Positions 21,901 to 30,448 of a stretch of 64,000 nucleotides of DNA are shown piece after piece (position 1 is the first letter of the stretch; every line of letters starts with the position of its first letter). Source of the DNA: a virus. Lineage: Duplodnaviria; Caudoviricetes. Position numbers and translations under genes: made by a program. The stretch lies in the IMG/VR virus record IMGVR_UViG_3300046167_000724, one strand, 5' to 3'. The notes under the pieces are model-generated. The model had not been told where the DNA came from. It searched no databases and saw only the letters and a program-made list of their open reading frames with translations.

Positions 21901-23361
21901 TATAATGTTATTAAATTTGATTACGCCGGTGAAACTTGGGTATTACCAGTTATAAGTGTTGAAAATTCATCTAGATTAACTGTAATTGCAGTTGATGGAC
22001 AACCTGGTAAAATAGAAAATGAAAACAAAACAAGTTTACTTGCAATTACACAAGAGCCATCAACTTTTGGTATAGATAAAGATTTTACATATATCGGTGG
22101 TGGTTATAATCTTGCTAAGGCGACATTTGAATCTGTATCGACTAAATCTATAGTTGATTTATTAAATTTAAATGATACTGAAAAAGTTGAATATATTACA
22201 GTAGAAACTGATGGTACTATTAATAATAATAGATTTATCTTAAATATTGAAGATGGTCATTATGTTAAAAAGCAATCTAAATTAACCGTATCATCTGACC
22301 CTAATAAGCCTGAAACATTTAAGGTTAGTGCTGGAAAAGTTGGATATGTTGTTAATGAACGTGATATACCATATACTACTGAACTTATTAGAATGTCTGG
22401 TGATTATACAACACTAACTAGAAATGTTATATCTTTTACAGATGTGTACAGACCTTATAAAACAACACAAGAGGTTATAGACACTATTAGTGAAGAAAGA
22501 GAAAAGTTACTTTATGATAGATACAATAGAATGGGTATTGTATTTGGTTCTGCACAGTATGAGGGTCATGATAAATGGGGTGTAATTGAAAACTTAAATT
22601 ACCATAAAATTAATCCTGAAAAGGCAGACGGTATTCTTAAACTATCAAATAGTACAACGCCGCCGGTATACAGACTTATTAGTGAAATAGCTATTGATAA
22701 AAGAGACGTTAATGTATTCAGGTCTTCATGGGAAGATGAATACTATATTAAGAATGGTATTCAAAATCAAAACATTAATGTATACGGTACTCTTTCAGCG
22801 TATGAAGAAAGTGCATTTCTTGCGTCAACATTAAATCTACCTAAAAACCAATATGAAATTACTTCATATCCTAATACTAAATTAGCTACAGGTTTATCAG
22901 ATATGAAAGCTATTAAAAGTACGGGTACTTATAATGGTGATGTTGTTTTATTTGAAGACAATGATAACGTGTATATAGATTTATACTTAGGTAACAGACT
23001 TACAAATGTTTTAATCGATGACAACGCCGGTGCATATATTAAAAAATATGTATTAGCATCAAATTCATATGGTGACAAAACGACGCTTGATGATGATATT
23101 AAAAAGTATATTGAAGTTAATATGCTCAAGTTGTTAAATATAAATGAGGTTAGATTATTTAATACACCGTCTAAGCAAATATTAAGTAGTGAGGTTGCTT
23201 CAATTAATAATTTAAATGATATTTTAGATTCTAGATTTGTAGAAGACACTTCATTTAGATTAGAGTATGACGTGAAAAATCCATTGAATATAAAAGTAAT
23301 ATATAATAAGAGGCCTGGTTTCAAACATCAGTTCTATATCTATACAAAAATAAACAGCTAA
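18922..23361 (+). CDS. Very large hypothetical structural protein
   Basis: 1479-aa uninterrupted ORF in the structural block; no recognisable catalytic motif. Confidence 0.5.
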   Translation: MATINFDANKNSIEGKSQVILRTNPALSSNVKLVVDSSGDIFLDSFSANKTLSNQKYKRYSIDPSGHYAYDLAAYYKNTPLELVYEPLRRDSDTSVYKLYNKQYEEQYNYGARLNSSNIYSENIRFMAPLKIDKVLPEYFVIYRIEEPVSDSVLTDELSNINTRLVDMLSNATIVKTFDLRPKSKIGQYLNTFANNTEKPIAPLTFSFEKNEKTLWNGIDLVKGGFASKGEYVSDNFIKTDNLEILNNQFITDGFKRNSLVSADVINLEFLFEDFDNAYDVNRYIGIYVNEHEEGSFKHTDYRKDVLYFDNSTVETNFDLTGTSLTAINMLPYDELDLPILQWVKFNNGFGHVKNLKSTDGVVSGQFNVAAFNVNSTDKFIKKNDTLNISGIIDDNRDFIKLSVVERPDSSEHIILAATNEVKASGNIELFKIYADSALPAGTHDGLKYSNNGSLEQITFALRNAMNSILDSEFKISLDKTNIIISNYISGNRVGNAFLAIKNDGVTVPTYLNIETSLLNPDIDLTFISPSFDTDYTIHGMVGGSAIGNSLLIEFEEIGDLSGDTYIKSGNTFAKVIEVVADPVFDNKYRVCVDKSIDAINVQDSSLSLWIENKVAFGKFEAFDFVDFDFDFFSTMHSKLKELQYEDVDSGVNTDYVDNLNDFNTPSFNFFKGLENIKQEVTITSSGVSKIYSEYDRLQENYIKELALTSRIIPTINKWRYLDGVNVRENPYMLSMSEAFGKTNFAPNIKIDGANADAMTHEWYYIYGHPNYYDATDPLQKSNALDFIKSNYSYLQPELSIELDASKLMDINNDWFNSLFVYDGFDIAGVGFAPAVITKKYTTFVKGSVNAPAETMFRGLKVKAFARKEFTELNPKNLINTAEFNDYKFSAVLNYKANQSVDDSTIKVIQNKEFKTITIYIEVLTTEQNALFVNRKLLYHLKSFSDSSGDLSDTKINGYLDFSVQLDNDPKTINVTGVGVDFIKDIQINEDGGYNVIKFDYAGETWVLPVISVENSSRLTVIAVDGQPGKIENENKTSLLAITQEPSTFGIDKDFTYIGGGYNLAKATFESVSTKSIVDLLNLNDTEKVEYITVETDGTINNNRFILNIEDGHYVKKQSKLTVSSDPNKPETFKVSAGKVGYVVNERDIPYTTELIRMSGDYTTLTRNVISFTDVYRPYKTTQEVIDTISEEREKLLYDRYNRMGIVFGSAQYEGHDKWGVIENLNYHKINPEKADGILKLSNSTTPPVYRLISEIAIDKRDVNVFRSSWEDEYYIKNGIQNQNINVYGTLSAYEESAFLASTLNLPKNQYEITSYPNTKLATGLSDMKAIKSTGTYNGDVVLFEDNDNVYIDLYLGNRLTNVLIDDNAGAYIKKYVLASNSYGDKTTLDDDIKKYIEVNMLKLLNINEVRLFNTPSKQILSSEVASINNLNDILDSRFVEDTSFRLEYDVKNPLNIKVIYNKRPGFKHQFYIYTKINS

Positions 23362-23367
23362 CATAAG

Positions 23368-24594
23368 ATGGCTATTAACATTAAAGAAATACTTTCAACT
23401 GATTCATCTAGTCAGGTGAATGAAAAGATTAATTACAATTTTGATCAAGTTGTTGCAAATGGTGGAGGTCCTGTAGGATCTATAGGGGCACAAGGTGCTT
23501 CAGGTGCTATTGGTTCAACTGGAGCGCAGGGTGCACAAGGCCCAGCTGGACCGCAAGGTCCAATAGGACTTTCAACAGATTATTTTGTACAGGTTGGTGC
23601 TTCACCTAATAATTTTACACTCACGCCTAATGTTTCAACGCCAGGTACTGCTACTACTTTAGTTTTAGGAGAAACTAATTCAGCATCACTAACTGGATAT
23701 TTAGATTCTGTTTTAAATATTAAATCAACACCTGCAATAGCTAGACAACTTAGACTAAGTACACAAACGTCATCTGAATATATCGATATAAATTATTCTG
23801 AAATTTCAGGTACTAGAGAACTTCAATTTGCTACAAATACGATTGGTTCACCATTATCTATTGATTATAAATTTAATGGTAATAGAATTATATTAAATAA
23901 TTCAAACAACGAAGTTATTTTATCTAGTGGTACTTCTCAATTTAATTCAAACCTTGAAATTAATTCTGGTTTGAAAATTACATCGGGTACACCTGGTACT
24001 GGTAAGGTGTTAACATCATCAGATGGAAATGGTACAGCTACATGGGCACCTGCTTTTGAGGTGCCGCTTGGTACAATAGTAATGATACCTTCATTTATTT
24101 ACAACGCATATACAGGCACACCACCCTTTAATATAACATATACATATGTTGAATGGGATCCCACTTTGGGCTTTCCGGGCATGCCTACATATCGTGGTAG
24201 GGGTAAAAATGCATGGGCTGGTTGGTATTATTGTAATGGTAAAACTTGGAGCGGCGGCGGTGTTTCTTACACGGTTCCTGATATGGAGGATAGACTTCCA
24301 TTAGGTTTTTCAAAGAACGGTCTAGATTCTCCGGCTTCTAAAGATTTAAATAGTGGTCAATATGGCGCTAATAGTGTTGCCGATTTAACATCCGTACAAA
24401 CTGCAGACGATCATACACATACTTTACCAGGTACTAATTATGCTATTCAAAGTGGTACTGGTGCTAATGTTTCATACTTAAATCCCTTATCAACAAATAC
24501 TGGGGGTGCTAAAACTGTAGATCTGTCGCCACAGACAACAACGGTTGGTTATATGATTTATTTAGGAGCTACTAATTTAACATATCCATCTTAA
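23368..24594 (+). CDS. Tail fibre with collagen-like repeat and tail-collar domain
   Basis: 11 Gly-X-Y triplets (23467-23565); collar motif 'VPLGTIVM...GWYYCNG....VPDMEDRLPLG'. Confidence 0.7.
   Translation: MAINIKEILSTDSSSQVNEKINYNFDQVVANGGGPVGSIGAQGASGAIGSTGAQGAQGPAGPQGPIGLSTDYFVQVGASPNNFTLTPNVSTPGTATTLVLGETNSASLTGYLDSVLNIKSTPAIARQLRLSTQTSSEYIDINYSEISGTRELQFATNTIGSPLSIDYKFNGNRIILNNSNNEVILSSGTSQFNSNLEINSGLKITSGTPGTGKVLTSSDGNGTATWAPAFEVPLGTIVMIPSFIYNAYTGTPPFNITYTYVEWDPTLGFPGMPTYRGRGKNAWAGWYYCNGKTWSGGGVSYTVPDMEDRLPLGFSKNGLDSPASKDLNSGQYGANSVADLTSVQTADDHTHTLPGTNYAIQSGTGANVSYLNPLSTNTGGAKTVDLSPQTTTVGYMIYLGATNLTYPS
23467..23565 (+). repeat. Collagen-like (Gly-X-Y)11 coding repeat
   Basis: GPV GSI GAQ GAS GAI GST GAQ GAQ GPA GPQ GPI. 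Confidence 0.9.
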
Positions 24595-25355
24595 TGATTA
24601 ATATTAATATAAATAAAGACTGGATACCCTTTATAGTAATAGCTGTTTTAGCTTTTGTACTATTGGGTCAGTGTTCTAAGGTTTCTTCTCTTAAAGAAGA
24701 TGTAAAAATTCTTGAGGTAGATGTTCAAAATGCTAAGGCAAATTATGAAGCATCGCAAGATACCGTAGAACTATATATTAATAATAATGGTTATTTAGAA
24801 GCTGAGATTAAGACTTACGCTGCAAGTAATGAAGAATTATCAGGTGATTATTCAAAACTAATAAGCAAATATAAAAAGTCTTTAGATTTAAATAAAGACC
24901 TTAAAGGTGTTAATGCTTTATTATCTGCACAGTTAGCTAATAAAGATAGTTTACTTATTTACAGTGACATTAAGGCTGATTCAACTTTTACATTTATAGA
25001 TTCAGCAAATTATGGTGATGACAACACTAGAATTGTAAAAATTGACGGTAAAATTAATGACGGTCAGGTTCAAGGTAACCTTACAATAAAACAAACAATA
25101 ACTCTAATGGCAGTACTTGAAAATAATGATGGTGTTAATAGCATGAGACTTAGTACAAAGTACCCTTTTGATAATATGAATATTCAAGGAATAGACCTTA
25201 TCAATAATGAGTTGAATATATACAAAAAGAAAAGTAGATGGAATGTTAACGTTGGTGTTGGCTACGGTCTATATCCCACGGCTGGTGGTACGCTTAACGC
25301 AAATCCATTTATTGGAGTAGTATTGGGTTATTCACCAAAGTGGTTACAATTTTAA
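24594..25355 (+). CDS. Membrane-anchored coiled-coil protein, possible spanin-like
   Basis: N-terminal hydrophobic segment ending in Cys (FIVIAVLAFVLLGQC), coiled coil, and an amphipathic beta-hairpin C-terminus ending in Phe. Confidence 0.45.
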   Translation: MINININKDWIPFIVIAVLAFVLLGQCSKVSSLKEDVKILEVDVQNAKANYEASQDTVELYINNNGYLEAEIKTYAASNEELSGDYSKLISKYKKSLDLNKDLKGVNALLSAQLANKDSLLIYSDIKADSTFTFIDSANYGDDNTRIVKIDGKINDGQVQGNLTIKQTITLMAVLENNDGVNSMRLSTKYPFDNMNIQGIDLINNELNIYKKKSRWNVNVGVGYGLYPTAGGTLNANPFIGVVLGYSPKWLQF

Positions 25356-25371
25356 TAAAGGAAACTAATAG

Positions 25372-27540
25372 ATGGCACAATCGTCAAAATATGCAAGATT
25401 AGACCAAGACGTTTTACTAGAGTTTATCTATCATGATCAAACTGTAGCAACGCTACCTAATTATCAAATTGAAATTGATGATAATGGGTCACATCCACTT
25501 GCTTTAAATACAACTGCGAGTGCGTCTGACAGTAGACATCTTATTCATGAATTAGGTGCAGCTGTAGTTAATTTTGATGTAACTGAAAGTGGTGCTTATG
25601 TTTTAATTGAAAACTTTGCCGCAAGAACTTTAACACTTGCAAACGGTAAGACTTATAAATTTAATGTTTCAGCGCTTACAACACCTGGTGACTTTATTAT
25701 TAAAGATGCTACAGGAAATCAACTAGGTACATTAGTTTCTACAACATATACAATAACACCAACTACAAACGGTCAATATACTTATGAGTATTCTGATTTA
25801 ATCGGTGGTAAAATAACTGTTCAAAATACAGCTAATCCTTTATATGCTACTGCAGATGAAGAAACGGGTAATGATATTAAGACGGGTGCTGGGTCACCTG
25901 GTAGATATCAAGCTGTTTTAATTGACGCTGAACAAGGTTCAAAATATGCACTTTTAGATTCAACTAATAATTACATTGATAATAAAGTAGATTGGACGGG
26001 TTCAACTTCAACAACAATTGATCAAGCAGATGCTGCTGATATTTCATTAGGTACTATAACTTACGATACTGTTAGATTACATTTAAAATCTGGTTACGAT
26101 TTTTCATCTAGAGGTTATGATGGCTTCTTATTTCAAGTTGCAGCTTCTAGAGTTTCTGGAGTTAAAAACTATTTAACATCAATAGTATACTTAAATACTT
26201 CATCATTTGAAATACAAAACTCAAAGCCTTTTATTTTAGGTGAGACGATGTATTCGAAATTTATTGAGATTAAAGTTCCAGCACTTGCTAATATGGATCC
26301 AGACTTTGATAACTGGTTCTTTGGTACAGGTTCAGATGCTGTAAATCCTTTGTCAAATTATGAAGTTTCATTTAAACTAATTAGTGATACGCAAGTTGAT
26401 TCAGGGTTTGAATATATTAATACGGCAGAAGAAGTTCAGATTACAGTTCCACGTGAGGATGAATATCAAGATATCGCAGCTGTTATTGAAGAGGCACCTG
26501 ATGGTGACTTCTTTAATCTATTTGCAACTAAAGATGGTTCAATAGTTTCCTTCGATACTTATATAACAAATAGACTACAAACATCAAGTGATGATATTAC
26601 AGTATTTTATGACATTGTTGTCTATGAACAAATTCAAACGTTCTTTAATAAGTCTTATGAAATGTCAATGTCAAAAAATAGTAATTTTGACCAAGCAATT
26701 CCATTTAGACCAGTCATTACAAATTCAGCAACAGCAACTGCATACAATATTGACTTATCTATTAGAATATACAATGAGACCAATAATACTCAAATTGTTA
26801 AGAAGGCGTCATATACATCATACAATGTTGGAAAGTATGGTAAGCGTTTAAGAAATATTAATCTACCTGCAAGTAATCAAATACTTAAGGTTTATAATAC
26901 GTTACCTAATGTACTAGAGAATAATCAGATTATTCAAAACATGTCAACACTTCCAAATAACCAAACTAGATTTGTACCTTCATTTATTGAAAGAACAAAT
27001 ATTGTTACAGGTTCAACTAGTGTAACTATTGTTGATAATGAAGCTGTTGATAATTCTGAAATAACGTTCTTTGCAGATGGTGAAAGCAGTTTAACACTAT
27101 CACCATTTGATAATTATCTTAAATTTAAGATTGCCAAAAAAGATGGTGATGATTATTTAAACATTGGTTTAGAATCAGTTCAACGTGTATTATTAAACTT
27201 TGGTAATATTCAAATTGAAAACTCACTTAACTATGCTAACATTGAATTAGCTGAAGGTGAAATTATGTTTAGAATTGATGAAAGTGCAATGAATTCAATT
27301 GTAAAAGAAGATGACAGGGTTTATATGTTGTCTATTTATAACGGCACTGATAAAACGCTTATACACCATGGTACATATGATATCATAGGTAATAATACTA
27401 TTAAGGTAATAAAAAGAATAGTAACTGAAATCGCAGATAATAGTATAACTACAGTGGTTGAAAATAAGCAAGCAACTGGAAGTTCTAGATCTAATTTAAA
27501 AAGTGGTTTAGGTAGAGTAAATACTGTTGGACCTAGATAA
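25372..27540 (+). CDS. Hypothetical structural protein
   Basis: 722 aa, beta-rich, contains a fibre/baseplate-type 'LTLANGKTYKFNV' motif. Confidence 0.5.
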   Translation: MAQSSKYARLDQDVLLEFIYHDQTVATLPNYQIEIDDNGSHPLALNTTASASDSRHLIHELGAAVVNFDVTESGAYVLIENFAARTLTLANGKTYKFNVSALTTPGDFIIKDATGNQLGTLVSTTYTITPTTNGQYTYEYSDLIGGKITVQNTANPLYATADEETGNDIKTGAGSPGRYQAVLIDAEQGSKYALLDSTNNYIDNKVDWTGSTSTTIDQADAADISLGTITYDTVRLHLKSGYDFSSRGYDGFLFQVAASRVSGVKNYLTSIVYLNTSSFEIQNSKPFILGETMYSKFIEIKVPALANMDPDFDNWFFGTGSDAVNPLSNYEVSFKLISDTQVDSGFEYINTAEEVQITVPREDEYQDIAAVIEEAPDGDFFNLFATKDGSIVSFDTYITNRLQTSSDDITVFYDIVVYEQIQTFFNKSYEMSMSKNSNFDQAIPFRPVITNSATATAYNIDLSIRIYNETNNTQIVKKASYTSYNVGKYGKRLRNINLPASNQILKVYNTLPNVLENNQIIQNMSTLPNNQTRFVPSFIERTNIVTGSTSVTIVDNEAVDNSEITFFADGESSLTLSPFDNYLKFKIAKKDGDDYLNIGLESVQRVLLNFGNIQIENSLNYANIELAEGEIMFRIDESAMNSIVKEDDRVYMLSIYNGTDKTLIHHGTYDIIGNNTIKVIKRIVTEIADNSITTVVENKQATGSSRSNLKSGLGRVNTVGPR

Positions 27541-27550
27541 TTAAATTGAT

Positions 27551-28102
27551 ATGATACTAAACAGTAGAAGTAATTTATTTAATTTTAAGTTTCCTAAGAA
27601 TTTTATACCTAAAGAGGTTGCTGACAAATATAGACCATACCTTAATAGAATGCCGGGTAACATTATTGAAGAACCTATAGATTTTATTAACTATACGATT
27701 CAAGGAATTAATATACCAGGTGTTTCTTTTACACCATCTGAACAAAATTTTAATGATGGTACAACTAAATTTACTAGAGGTTATATACCAATACAAAATT
27801 TAGTTAATAGAGAATTAACAATTAAAATGCAGTTACTCGATGGCTTTATAAATTATTGGATTTTAACAGACACTTTACTATATCATTATAATAAAGATAA
27901 TACTAAACCTTTTGTTGATGATTTAAAATTACAATTGTTAGATGCTGAGGGGATTCACGTAATGTCCGTTGTTTTTGAAAAACCAATTATGAATTCTATT
28001 TCAGAACTTGATTTAAACATGGCTGAAAACGTAGCAGACTTTTCAACAATTGATATTTCTTTCTTTTATAATAAGTTCAATCTGATAAATGAAATAGACT
28101 GA
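27551..28102 (+). CDS. Tail tube terminator/tube-fold protein (gp3-like)
   Basis: 'INYTIQGINIPGVSF', 'LTIKMQLLDGFINYW' and the terminal 'FSTIDISFFYNKF' resemble T4 gp3/gp19-fold proteins. Confidence 0.5.
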   Translation: MILNSRSNLFNFKFPKNFIPKEVADKYRPYLNRMPGNIIEEPIDFINYTIQGINIPGVSFTPSEQNFNDGTTKFTRGYIPIQNLVNRELTIKMQLLDGFINYWILTDTLLYHYNKDNTKPFVDDLKLQLLDAEGIHVMSVVFEKPIMNSISELDLNMAENVADFSTIDISFFYNKFNLINEID

Positions 28103-28108
28103 TATATA
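28101..28108 (+). promoter_or_regulatory. Putative late promoter GATATATA
   Basis: Overlaps the upstream stop codon; 4 nt before ATG 28113. Confidence 0.5.
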
Positions 28109-28112
28109 CAAT

Positions 28113-28481
28113 ATGAAAACATTTTTAACATACTTAGAAGAGCAAAATGTCACAGAGGCTGATATCAATGCTATTAACGAATCTTTAAATCAAGAGTGGA
28201 CACCAGAGCTTGAAGAAAGAATTGATGAAGCTGTTGATGCTTTTTTAATAGAGTATACAAATGCAGACGGTACTTACAATATTGATAAACTTAACAATGA
28301 AATTACTAATGAAGGATTATTAGGTTCTATTATTGGTGGTCTTACAGGTTTTGCTTTAGGAAAATCAGTTGGTAAAATTGTAGCTAAAGTACTGGGTATT
28401 GAAAAAGGTGTGTTCTATGATTTATTAACTTCTAGATTAGTAGGTGCTGCGTTGGGTGCTTCACTAGGTAAAAAACTTTAA
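28113..28481 (+). CDS. Putative internal head protein with CTS-like leader and C-terminal glycine zipper
   Basis: Starts 'MKTFLTYLEE'; INE/TNE sites; C-terminal GxxxG zippers (GSIIGGLTGFALG; GAALGASLG). Confidence 0.55.
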   Translation: MKTFLTYLEEQNVTEADINAINESLNQEWTPELEERIDEAVDAFLIEYTNADGTYNIDKLNNEITNEGLLGSIIGGLTGFALGKSVGKIVAKVLGIEKGVFYDLLTSRLVGAALGASLGKKL

Positions 28482-28482
28482 T

Positions 28483-29100
28483 TTGAATTTAATAGCAATC
28501 GATTATTCGATCAACTCACCAGGCATCTGTCTTTTAAAAGATGGACAGCCTTATTATATTTCTTATATTAAACCTAAATCTGGAACAAAGAAACAACAAG
28601 CTCTACAAGAGGAGATGAATCTTCTTAATGATGTTACTTTAGTAAATCAGCCCGAGCCTAATGTTGATAAGCAAGAAATGACTCGAGTCCTTAGACATCG
28701 TGCAATTGCTGAAGGTATATGTAATTTAATTGCAGAACACACAAATACAGATGAAGAGTATAAAATCTATTTTGAAGGTTCTTCTTACGGGACCTCAAGA
28801 TTCGGTACAAACTCACTTATTGATTTAGCTTCAGCATCTTCAATCTTGAAATCTTATTTGATTGATCGTTTTAATGTTACTGTACTTGAAGTTTATGCCC
28901 CTACAACAATAAAGAAACATGCTGGTAAAGGTAATATGAGTAAGATGCAAATGTGGGATGTTTACATAAATGATGAGTCTAATCGTGAGTCGGGTCTTTG
29001 GAACTTTTGTCAAGAATTCAAAGAAGATAAAAAGATTATGAAACCCTTAGATGACCTTGTTGATGCTTATTTTATCATGTCTTACGTAAGGTCACTTTAA
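28483..29100 (+). CDS. RuvC-like Holliday junction resolvase
   Basis: 'LIAIDYSINSPGICL', 'IYFEG', 'APTTIKKHAGKGNMSK', 'DDLVDAY' give the RuvC D/E/D catalytic pattern. The ORF track starts at TTG 28483. Confidence 0.75.
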   Translation: MNLIAIDYSINSPGICLLKDGQPYYISYIKPKSGTKKQQALQEEMNLLNDVTLVNQPEPNVDKQEMTRVLRHRAIAEGICNLIAEHTNTDEEYKIYFEGSSYGTSRFGTNSLIDLASASSILKSYLIDRFNVTVLEVYAPTTIKKHAGKGNMSKMQMWDVYINDESNRESGLWNFCQEFKEDKKIMKPLDDLVDAYFIMSYVRSL

Positions 29101-29209
29101 ATTGTATTTTACCCTCAGGCATAAAACCATAACTTATATGAAGGTATTGGGTGTTTTGTTTCATTTATGGTTAAAAATATTTAAAAATAATAAAGTAGTA
29201 TGTTATTAT

Positions 29210-29237
29210 GAAACAAAAACAAATAGTTTTATATAAT
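29210..29237 (+). promoter_or_regulatory. GAAAC-N17-TATAAT promoter
   Basis: gaaac(29210-14), 17 nt, tataat(29232-37); ATG at 29242. Confidence 0.65.
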
Positions 29238-29241
29238 ATGT

Positions 29242-29424
29242 ATGAAAAGAGAAGGACTAACACCAAGTCAATTAATGGAGCTAAGTAGAATTGTTGAATC
29301 AATGGTTAATCTTAATAAGATAACTAAAGAGGAGGGAAATCTATTTCTAGAAAAGGCAGGACTAACCGTACAATCAGATAATGAATGGATTGATACAGTT
29401 GGAACAGTTTATACTTTTCTATAA
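29242..29424 (+). CDS. Small hypothetical protein
   Basis: 60-aa ORF with its own promoter. Confidence 0.55.
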   Translation: MKREGLTPSQLMELSRIVESMVNLNKITKEEGNLFLEKAGLTVQSDNEWIDTVGTVYTFL

Positions 29425-29438
29425 GACAAACTATTTTT

Positions 29439-29466
29439 GAAACCTTTTTAAAGATAGGTATATAAT
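29439..29466 (+). promoter_or_regulatory. GAAAC-N17-TATAAT promoter
   Basis: gaaac(29439-43), 17 nt, tataat(29461-66); upstream of gp32. Confidence 0.7.
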
Positions 29467-29530
29467 AGAAGTTAATTAGGTAATTAACAGGATTTAAAGT
29501 TTAACAAATTAAAGAATTATTAAAGAAAAC

Positions 29531-30448
29531 ATGGCAGATTTTGACATTTTCAATTTGAGCGTCAACGACGTTGAAACTCACAAAGCAGCAGCATCAAACA
29601 CAAATGATGTAATCTACAAACCATCGGCAGATGATGGTAAAGATGGTACTTACAAAGCACTTATTCGCTTCGTACCAAACCCAGAGAACCCACGCAAATC
29701 ATTAGTACGTAAGTATGTACATTGGTTAACCGACCCTTCAGGTTCAGGTAGACTAATTGATTCTCCAACCTCAGTTGGTGAAGCGTGTCCTATTCAAGAC
29801 GCATTCTTCCGTCTACGTAAGTCTGATTCAGCAGTTGACCGTAAGATGAGTGATAAGCTTAAGCGTCGTGAGCAGTACTACTCTTTGATTAAAATTATCA
29901 AAGACCCTCAAAACCCTTCAATGGAAGGCCAGTACATGATTTTCAAATTTGGTTATAAAATCAAAGAGAAAATCGACGAAGAACTTTCACCAGCATTTGG
30001 TGACCCAACACAAGTGTTTGACTTGTTTGAGGGTAAAAACTTCGAGTTGATTATCACGCGTCAAGGTGAGTACAACAACTACGATAAATCAAAGTTCTCA
30101 GCTTCAACTTCAGCGGTTATGATTGGTGATTCACCAGCAGAGCGTACGCCTGATTCAATGCAAGCTATCAAAACTGAACTAGATACTGCACCTTCATTGT
30201 CAGTATACGAGTACAAACCATGGGACGACGCACAACGCGATTTTGTAAACCAGGTTTTAGGTCAGTACATCTCAAATCCAGGTCGCCCAATGGCTAAGGT
30301 TTCAACACCTGCACCAAAAGCGGCAGCTCCAGCGGCAACAACTGAATCATTTGATTTAGATAATGTTAACGCAACACCTAGTGGGAGTACGGAAACTGTA
30401 AGTAGTGATGATGACCTTGACTCATTCCTAGATGGCCTCGATATCTAA
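29531..30448 (+). CDS. gp32: Single-stranded DNA-binding protein, T4 gp32-like
   Basis: 'YKP..DGKDGTYKALIRFVP', 'CPI', 'FKFGYKIKEKI', 'VFDLFEGKNFEL...NYDKSKF' and acidic tail 'DDDLDSFLDGLDI'. Confidence 0.9.
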   Translation: MADFDIFNLSVNDVETHKAAASNTNDVIYKPSADDGKDGTYKALIRFVPNPENPRKSLVRKYVHWLTDPSGSGRLIDSPTSVGEACPIQDAFFRLRKSDSAVDRKMSDKLKRREQYYSLIKIIKDPQNPSMEGQYMIFKFGYKIKEKIDEELSPAFGDPTQVFDLFEGKNFELIITRQGEYNNYDKSKFSASTSAVMIGDSPAERTPDSMQAIKTELDTAPSLSVYEYKPWDDAQRDFVNQVLGQYISNPGRPMAKVSTPAPKAAAPAATTESFDLDNVNATPSGSTETVSSDDDLDSFLDGLDI

